A stretch of DNA of 64,000 nucleotides, taken from the human T2T-CHM13v2.0 reference genome, Homo sapiens. The stretch is from NCBI RefSeq assembly GCF_009914755.1, contig NC_060928.1. One strand, 5' to 3'. Below the pieces are notes generated by a model, which saw only the letters and a list, made by a program, of their open reading frames with translations, was not told where the DNA came from and made no database searches. The position numbers and the translations under genes were made by a program. Shown here piece by piece: positions 54,759 through 64,000 of the stretch (within the stretch, counting starts at the first letter, position 1; each line of letters opens with the position of its first letter).

Positions 54759-56345
54759 TTAAGTATCTCTCAATCAAGTTTTCAGTATTCTCAAGTCAGT
54801 CTTTCATTCTAAATTTAGAGTCATTTCCAAATATAGTGCATTTCCTGTCCCATTCCTTCCCTGAAAGACAGCCGTGTCCAACTAGAAGTGGGCCTGACGC
54901 CTCTTATTAGCCCGGTTGCATTTCTGTCTCGCTCTTGGCTGCAGTGTGTGAGCTGATGGGCCCCACGTGACTGTGTTCACGTCCAAGCTTAGTAGAATGA
55001 ATTTTTCCAGCATGATTTGCAAGTCACGCTATCACATGCCTCCTGAGTCCAGCTGTGCCGCAGCTGCCGCCTCCCCTGCATCCGCTCATCTTGCACTTGG
55101 ATCAAAAGCACGAGCACATTTGCCTGAACCGATCTGGTCTCGGCCCAGCTGTTTGTTCCCCATTGTCATCAGGATGTTTACAGACCTGCTGTTCTTGCTG
55201 TACTTGTTTCATGATCACACTTGGGTCTGCAGAGCATTTTAACACATGGCTGTGGCCGAAGCTGGCAATTTGACTAGCTTTTCTTGATCACTGAGACTTC
55301 TCTAAGGCATTTCCTTCAAACCTTCCTAACTATGTGTATGCTTGCACATTTCCACAGAGGCAACAAGAAAAGGAACCAGGGCTATAAATCCTGTTAAAGA
55401 TGGGCCATGAGTGTCCTTCTGGCCTACTAATTTTATCACGATTAGTTTCTAACTGGACAAGAGAGCACTTCCAGTCTGAGACAAAGCCAGATTAAAGGAA
55501 GAAATCTATTCTTCTTACTCTAATTTGGTAAGTTGGGAAAATATAGTTTACCTTCTTAGGAAGTTGTCTTGACTGCTCCTAAAGTGTGCTGATACCTGTC
55601 ACATGACAGCAGGTATTTTCTTGGCAAGAATTGTGCTGGAATAGCAGTTGGCAGTGATTGTGGTGAGGGCGTGGAAAGGTGTCTAGTGGGTCCAAGTGAG
55701 GTTCTAGGTCTAGCTGACCCCTAACTATGAGAAGAACATGAGTGAGTCATTCATTCTCTCTGGGATTCAATGTCCTCCCATTAATAACAGGCACCACTTA
55801 TTATCATATTAAAACCTGTACTTAAAAATCTGTTTTCTAGACTCACCCCAAAGATCCTGATTCAGTAGGCTGAGGAGGTGCCTGAATGTCCCTATATTTT
55901 GATGTATCACAGTGCATGGTCAGCAATTCACTGTCTCCCCTGCAACTACAGTGAGCCATCTGACCTAGGATATTTTATACTTTTAATCAAATGCTCTTTC
56001 ATGATAAATAACATGGCTCTGATTTCCCAATAGCTCAAGCGTTAAGAGAAAGACAGTTCTGCAATGCAAAGCATCCTAGGCTCATCTCTGTGGGCTGAGG
56101 CCACAGAGCTGCACTGTCTACTACAGTGGCCATGACCACATGTGGCAACTGAGTACTAGAAATATAGGTGTCTCGAACTGGGATGTGTTGTTAGTATAAA
56201 ATATGCAACAGTTTCCAAAGGTTTAGTATGAAAAAAGGACTGTGAAAATACTTAATAATTTTTATGTTGATTACATGCTGAAATGATATTTTTAAATATA
56301 TGACAGGTTAAATAATATATAGTACTGAAGTTAATTTGATTTGTT

Positions 56346-58285
56346 TTTTAATAGTTTTATTGAGATATAATTGATATATTAAAACTATGTACGTTTAATG
56401 CATATAATTTGAAGAGTTTGGACATATGCATACACCTATAAAACTATCACCACAATCAAGGTAATAGACATCTCCATCACCTTTAAAAGTTTCCCTGTGT
56501 CCTCCCTCCACTGTTTTTTTCCTTTTTCTTTGTTTTGTGTTGTTTGTTTTTGGCAAGAGTGCTTAACATGAGATCTAACCTCATAACAAATGTTTAAGGG
56601 CATAATACAGTACCATTCACTATGGGTGCTATGCTGTACAGCAGATCTCTAGAAGTTATTTCTCCTGCATAACCAAAACTTTATATCAACTGAACAAGTC
56701 CCAACCTACTCCCCCCAGCTCAGCTCCTGGTAGTCACTTCTATTTTCTGCTTGTGTGAGTCTGACTATTTTAGGTACCTCATAGAAGTGGAATCATGCAG
56801 TATTTGTCTTCTGTGACTGGCTCATTTCACTTAGCATAATGTCCTCCGGGTTCATCCATGTTGTCTCAAGTGACAGGATTTTCTTCTTTTTAAAGGCTGA
56901 ATAATATTCCATTGTATATATATACCATATTTTTTTATCCATTCATCTGCCAGTGAACATTTTGGTTGCTTCCATGTCTTGGCTATTGCTAATACTGCTG
57001 CAATGGACATGGGAGTACAGATATCCCTGCAAGATTCTAATTTCAATTCTTTTGGGATATACCCAGTAGTGGAATTGCTGGAACATATGGTAGTTCTATT
57101 TTTTATTTTTTGAGGAAACTTTATACTGTTTTCTATATTGGCTGCACTGTTTTACATTCCCACTAACAGTATATAAAAATTCCAATTTCTCCACAGTCTC
57201 ACCAACATTTTAATCTTTTTTGTCTGATTTATTTATTTATTTTTGAGACAAGGTCTTGCTCTGTCACCCAGGCTGGTGTGTAGTGGTGTGATCATAGTTC
57301 ACTGCAGCCTCGAACTCCTGGACTCAAGCGATCCTCCCACCTCAGCCTTCCAAGTAGCTGAGATTTTACGGGCACACCACCATGCCCAGCTAATTTTTTA
57401 ATTTTTTGAAGAGACGGGGTCTTACTGTTTCGCTCAGGCTGGTCTTGAGCTTCTGGCCTCAAGTGATCCTCCTGCCTTGGCCTCTCACAGTACTGGCATT
57501 ACACATGTGAGCCACTACTCCCAGCCTTGTTTTGTTTTTGACAATAACCATATCAATGGGTGTGAGGTGATATCTCACTGTGGCTTTGATTCACATTTCC
57601 CTGATGATTAGTGATGTTGAGCATCTTTTCATACACCTGTTGGCCATTTGTAAGTCTTCTTTGGAGAAATTTCTATTCAAGTCCTTTGCCTGTTTGCCTG
57701 TTTTTAAATCAGATTATTTGGTTTTTTGCTACTAAGTCGTAGGAACTTATTTATTTTGGATGTTAATCCCTTATCAATATATATATAGAAAATACTTTCT
57801 CCCTTTCTGTAGGCTGCCTTTTCATTCTGTTAATTGTTTCCTTTGTTGTACAGAAGCTTTTTAGTTTCATGTAGTCACATTGTACAATTTTGCTTTTGTT
57901 GTTTGTACTTTGGTATCATATCTAAGAAATTATTAGCAAGCCCAGTGTACTAAAGCTTTTCCTCTCTCTAGGAGTTTTATGGTTTCAGGTCTTACGTTTG
58001 AGTCTTTAATCAATTTTGAATTAATTTTTATGCATACAGTAAGATAAAGATTTAATTTCATTATTTTGTATGTGGATATCCTGTTTTCCCAACAACATTT
58101 GTTGAAGATACTGTCCATTCCCTCTTATATATTCTTGACACCCTTGTCAAAGCTCAGTTGAATGTATACCTGTGAGTTTATTTCTGAGCTTTCTATTCTG
58201 TTCCATTGGTGTGTATGTCTGTCTTTATGCTAGTACCATGTTTTAACAACTGTAGCTTTGTAATATATTTTGAGGTCAGGAGGAT
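56346..58285 (-). mobile_element. 5'-truncated L1MA/MB 3' end
   Basis: ORF2 C-terminal remnants (CTPMSIAAVLAIAKTWKQPKC; FNKCCWENR) and an L1MA9/MB-like 3' UTR. Confidence 0.85.
57228..57526 (-). mobile_element. AluJ inside the L1MA/MB
   Basis: Dimeric Alu with J-type diagnostics and an (ATTT)n tail. Confidence 0.9.
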
Positions 58286-61200
58286 CATTTGTTTCTTTTT
58301 ACTTTTTTTCTTTAGTGTGGCTACTGGAAAACTGAAAACTACGTATATGTGGCTTGCATTATGTTTCTATTGGATAGTGCTGCTATGGAGCACAAGGCAA
58401 TTTTTTAGAGACAATGACATCCTGAGGATAAACCATACTGTTACCATATCACAGTAGCCTTACAAAGTGACCCACAGTAACCCTGTTGGTCCTGATCAAA
58501 CCCTAGCTCCCAGTTTCCATTTTGACTGATAAAATTTAGAAGTGGAAGCTTGAAAAGGGATTGGACAGAAAGTGGGAATGTACTGTTTACTAAGTCCGTG
58601 AGTGCTGCTCCTTAACTCATATAGCCTGCTTGGTTCCAGTTGTTACTGAAAAGCTTAGAAGCTTTATCCATTCCCATTATAGACCAGACTTCCCCATCCT
58701 CCCAGTACACTCTTCTCATTCTCCACTTCACCCCTTGGCAACCAAACATCAGACTATCTTCTTGATGCTTTGAAAACTATTAAATTAGAAAAAAATTCAA
58801 TAATAGTACCCATTATAGGTAAAGATTTGGGGAAATTGGGACACTTGTATACTATTGGCGGTACCCAAAATTATAACTTCTTTGGAAAGCAATATCACAT
58901 CATCTTTTAAGACCCATAAAAATATTCTTACACTTTGATTTTGTAAAGGGTAGGAATTTTTCTCAAGGAAACATTCAACAGAAGCAAGATAAATGGATAA
59001 GGATATTCAGTGTAGCATTATCTATACTACAAAATTAGAAGCCATTTAAACACCTAGTCATTAAGGAACAGTTAAGAAAATTATACTGCAACAATTCAAT
59101 ACAATTTTATATATTCATTCAAATTTATAATTGTGAAGAATATATAACAACATAGAAAAATGTTTACCAGATAATGTTAGATTTTATAAAGTAGAACACA
59201 TAAATTGTATGTAGATTATGATTGCACTGTAACAATTATGCATGCATAAGGAAGAGGGCTTAGAATAAATGCACAAAAATGAAACCTCTGTGTTAGGATT
59301 ATTAAAGAATAAATCAAAGCATTTTAGCTAGGAGACAATGGCCTCTCATGGGACCCAGAGATGGGCCCCCACAGTGTCCATAAAACAAGTGAAAACATAC
59401 CATATTTTGTGTGGCTGTGCATATGTTTATTTTTTTGAGAAGTACGAGCACAGCTTTCATCAGATTCTCAGAGGAGTTCGATGATCACCTCCCTCCCAAG
59501 TTAAGAACCAGTGCTTAATGATGGTGCTATTACATTATTGTTTCAATAATTAAAAGGAAGTGAGTTGTCTCCTCTTTTGGCCTATACTCAAAGGTGAATT
59601 CACCAGTGGGCTTGAGGAAGAATGAGAGCCCTTAGGAAAGAATGAGTCTGGCCCTGGTAGCTTGTGGAAGAAACAGTAACCCCTTAGGGGCCCCCACACC
59701 TTCCCATTTAAATTTCTGCTCTCATCCTCACTCAGCCCCTTCTGTCTCAAGGCCAAATGCTGGTCAAAATGCTCTCCCTTTTGCCCTCCTCTCTCCTTCC
59801 CCTCCTTCTCTATTCCTCTCTAATGTTCCATATCAGACTAACTCTCCCCAACTTCCAGGCCTTTCTAGTCCTCTAATCTGAGACACACATCTATGCTGAA
59901 GGACCTGCCAATGCTAATGGATTACCCTACCAGGGACACTTGCCTTTCAACAGGCGTGTTGGGCAAACAATACCTTTACTCCATAGCAGGTTATGTAGAT
60001 AGGTGTTCAAAAACCAGGATGGGGCCAGAGCCAGAATCTGTGTGGGAGGAACCACTGCGCTGCACCCCTCAGATCATATCAGGGCTGCCCACGTCACTCC
60101 ACATAGACGACCACTGGAAGGATTCTTTGCATTTGAGAAACATCCATTGGTGAGTCCTGGCATTTTTCTCCCCTCAGGGCCAGTTAAAGAAAACTCCAGT
60201 CAGGGTTGTTTTAAGGGACCTCCACAGAACAAAAACCTGGTCAAGGACTTTGCTTTCGGGCAAGCTTTAGGTGTTTCTCTCTTATTCATCTACCTTACCA
60301 GTGTGTGGATCTGTTCACTCTCCACCCCACCCCTCCTTCCTGAGGCCCCAGCTCGCCCTTGCTGGCTTGGAAATTGATGTTCTCTCTTCATGGGAAGATT
60401 TCTTTCTTCTGAGATTCTTTCTTCCAACACCCTATGCAGTCTCCAGGGTTTCCTTGAGCTGCAGGCTCGGCCTCATTCATCGGAGTGAGACTTCTTTAAT
60501 GTTTTCTATTTAGATCCTTTGCCTGTAAAAGATTAGCTATTCTATAATGGACACCTACAAATGAGCTGAATAAAAAGAGAGAGAAATGAACATTTTTTAA
60601 AAAGTAGCCCAGCAGCTTCCCCTCTGAGAATTGCCACCAACTTTATCCCCTGTTCACTTATTAATGCCTCTCTTCCCGCACTTCTTTTTCCCCTGACATT
60701 TTGGTGAAAGCTTTTTTTTTTTCTACTCTAGTCTAACATTTATTCCTTCAACTTTTCTGTCAGACTTCTTTTTCCCTGGAAGCCTTTAAAGATATGACGA
60801 TCATTATTTTTGTTTTTTCATGTAGATAAGCCCCTTTCTTTCTCATCACAAATTCAACAGAGGCCTAACTTTCAGGCGGAACGGCCCTCCAAATACACCC
60901 CAGACTGCTGTCTCTTGCTTATCCCTAAGCATCTCCTAGGGATGGCAAGGTGACATTATACTTTACTTCAGGATTCATTTCCATGCATCACTGTGGTGAG
61001 ACTTAAAACATTCTTCTTCGTATCTGGCTTAAGAAATTGCAACCAAAGTTGATGTCTTTCATCAGATAGCAGTGGACATTTGGGGGAGTTTGTCACCATC
61101 ACCTTGAGGTTCCTGGACTGTGTAAAGATCAGTCACTCTTACTTGTTAAGTAGAGAGATTTTAGGATCCATGAGAAACTGGGGGTTAGGTCAATCTGAGC

Positions 61201-61379
61201 TGTATATCCCTTGAAGAAGAAACAAAAGCTCAGTTTCCCCACCAGAAAAACAAACAAACAAAACAGAACACAATAAGGATCCCTGTTTCAATGATCTCTG
61301 CACACATATTGCACGTGGTATAGAGACCAATTACTGTTACCAAATGTCTCCTTTGTCTTCTGTGCTCTATAATAGAGTC

Positions 61380-61797
61380 TTGGATACTTAGCTGCATTCT
61401 TATTATCCTGGAATAAAGATTGTTTCCCAGTCTCCCTGGCACCTAAGTGTGACCATGGAGCTAAGTTCTGGTCAAAGAAATGCAAGTGGAATAGGTATAT
61501 GGAATTTCCTGGAAGTTTCTTTAAAATAAAGGCTTGCACTTCTCTATTCTTTTGTCCTTCATCCTGGATAGAATTGGGACACAATGTTGGGAGCTCCTGC
61601 AGCCATTTTGGACAACTGAGGATGAAATCCACAAACGACAATTTAACAAATAGAAAGAGCTCAAGTCCCTAATATCATAGAGTACCATAGCTTCCCTAGG
61701 TTGCCTCCAGCTGTTGGCTAGAAAGAGAGAAAGACCTTTTATCTTATTTAAGTATTATGTTTATTTCTGTTGCCTGCAGCCAAATATAACCTAAACA
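61380..61797 (+). mobile_element. Old MaLR LTR (MLT1J/K-like)
   Basis: Motifs gtgaccatggagctaagttctggtcaa, gcagccattttg and tctgttgcctgcagccaaa. Confidence 0.6.
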
Positions 61798-62065
61798 GGA
61801 TCCACACTCAATAAGTACTTAATACATGATAGTTGTCACTTAAGCCATCACCTACAAATTTTGGAGAACCACTTCTCCCACCACGTTTCAACCCTCCCAC
61901 AATATGGCAGAACTTTCAGATGCATCTTCTATAATTCTAACATATACTGAGTATTAATTATGTCCCAAGCAAAGTAACAAATGCTTTATGTGGAATATCT
62001 CATTTAAACTTTACCTCAACTCTATGAGGTAGGTACTATTTTTTAATCCTTAATTTACAGATGAA

Positions 62066-62530
62066 TCTATTAGTTTGTTAGGGCTGCCATATCAAAATAT
62101 TAAAGCTTGGGTGGCTTGAACAACAGACATTTATTTTCCCATCTTTCTGGAGGCTCAAAGTTCAAGATCAAGGTATCGACAAGTTCGGTTTCTTCTGAGT
62201 CCTCTCTCTTTGGTTTGCAGATGGCCACCTCTTACTGCTTCCTTGTGTGGTCTTTCTTCTATGCCTGCATATTCCTAGTGTCTCGTTTTGTGTCCAAATC
62301 CCTCTTCCTTTTAAGGACACCAGTCACATTGGATTAAGGCCCACCCTCATGGTCTTGTTTTGTTTCTGTTTTTGAGGTTGTCACCATTTATTGTTGGCGA
62401 GGACTTCACAGCCTCATTTTCACAGAATCACCTCTTTCAAGTCCTTATGTCCAAATACAGTCACCTTCTGAGGTACTGGGTTAGGACTTCCACATATGAA
62501 TTTTGAAGAAACACAATTCACCCCGTAACA
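62066..62530 (-). mobile_element. MLT1A-type solo LTR inserted in a MIR
   Basis: Perfect TSD ATGAA at 62061-62065 and 62531-62535; the MIR continues on both sides. Confidence 0.88.
62362..62405 (-). pseudogene. Micro-retrocopy: polyadenylated 3' end of an unidentified transcript
   Basis: The minus strand reads AGTCCTCGCCAAC-AATAAA-TGGTGACAACCTC followed by an A-rich tail, flanked by a decayed 15-bp TSD. Confidence 0.7.
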
Positions 62531-64000
62531 ATGAAGAAACTGAATCAAAGAAAAATTAAATAATTCAATAACTTTGCCCAAACCACAGGTAGGAGGTGGT
62601 AGAGATGGGCTTCAAACCCAGGAAGTCTGGCCCCTGAGCCCATACAATCAAATGCTGCAGTAGACTGCCTTCCATTCCTTGTTATCATCTGTATGATATT
62701 TAGCTTGACAGTAAGCCTGGGTTCCCAGAACTGTTTGTACGCTTAATGGTCTAAGTTATGTTAGTCTATAAGCATAGATTTGAGCTTATAGACCCTTTCT
62801 ATTCAGTGAAGTGTGCCTAGGTGATGGACTAGGGACCCAGCTCACCACACCACACTGCCTTATGACTCTGAGTGCTGCAGGAATTCTGAACAGGAGCTGT
62901 CAAAGAAGAGTAACAGGAAGGTCCAGAGTTAACTTAAAGAGAAACTGGCATTTATATTAGATTTAAAGTTTATATTATGGTATTAATATAAGGATTCCAG
63001 AAATATGTGAATTTCGAAGCTTGGAGGGGTATCTTTATGTAATTACCCTTATCTTTTGTCTTAATTCCTACTTGTCACCTGCTTTTTGTACTGGAGACCT
63101 TTGCCCTATGTCACCACAAGGGTCCTGGTTGCTTTGTTCCTCCAGCTCCAAGGGAAATGCATGCACTTGAACACTCCACCTTGTCTCTTCTGGCATCCTT
63201 TATACAATGTTACAGGAAGAGGCCTAACCATGTCTGCAGATGTCAAACAGACGCTACAGGATTCCTCTACACTGTCTGACCTGCACCGTCATATGGGGTA
63301 ACCCTGGAAGCTTGCAGTGTTCCCAAACCCCAAGACTCGAATCTCTTTTTCAACTCCAGCATCATTGATGGGAGGCAGAGTGTCCCTGTGTCCCCAGCAC
63401 CATGGACCCTGGGTGCTGCCCGATGCCATTGCTCCCTTTCCTGATCTTGTATTGTTCCCTACCAGACCCTTGGCTTCTAGTGCTCCATGGCCTGTGTCCA
63501 TCATGGGGATCATTGCCCTGGCACTTCCTGGAGCACAAGTCTCTTTGGCATCCCTGTCACTTTCATCACCACAGCTTTCTCCTCTGCCACTTCCTGTTTG
63601 TCCTAGAAATGGAGAATAGTGGATCCTAAGTGCTTTACATATATTAACTCCATGAATCTTCACAACAACACTAAGTTACTTTCCACTTCTACAGAGGATG
63701 AAACTGAGATACAGAGAGGGTAAGAAATATGTCTGAGGCCACACAGTAGGTACATGGCCAAGCAAGGACTTAAATCTATGAAGCCTATCTTCAGAACTCA
63801 GCTCTCAACCATTACACACTGGTCTCCACTGATCACAAATCGAACTCTCTTTTTCCCCAGGGAGGGTGCAGATGCAGACCCACAAACACATATACATACA
63901 CGCCAAGGACTGGCCTTGTTGGATGAGTCTAACAGGAACCCATGCACCTAATTCATCAAAAGAGCTATATACAAAGCTTATTGCCCATGTACCATTACTT

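Larger units (their letters stand above)
56105..58385. mobile_element. MER33-like hAT element split by an L1 (halves ~56105-56345 and ~58288-58385)
   Basis: GCTGCACTGTCTA... start and ...TATTGGATAGTGCTG end. Confidence 0.75.

Overview
Eukaryotic, almost certainly human, genomic DNA from the KIT locus (4q12). Bases 1-11.4 kb hold the 3' half of KIT on the + strand: exons 14-21, all with GT-AG sites, encoding the kinase insert, C-lobe and tail, with wild-type T670 and D816. This part also contains the BAT-25 poly(T) marker in intron 16 and a ~2.15 kb 3' UTR rich in miRNA seeds and Pumilio elements. The remaining ~52 kb is gene-free and repeat-rich: a full-length antisense L1PB with TSDs, 9 Alu/FLAM copies, MaLR/ERV LTRs, hAT and Tigger MITEs, and L2/MIR relics. 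The notable small-scale observations are: a tailless retrocopy of the 5' exon of intron-containing tRNA-Ile(UAU) with 21-bp TSDs; a ~45-bp polyadenylated micro-retrocopy hidden in an MLT1 LTR; a 217-bp local duplication flanked by an inverted repeat; a Pumilio/miR-221-222/miR-137 module in the KIT 3' UTR; intron-encoded in-frame KIT extensions; and two candidate downstream enhancers, one rich in MITF-type E-boxes. The sequence does not support any new protein-coding gene. Repeat subfamily names, reference alleles and literature links are recalled from memory, not from a search.
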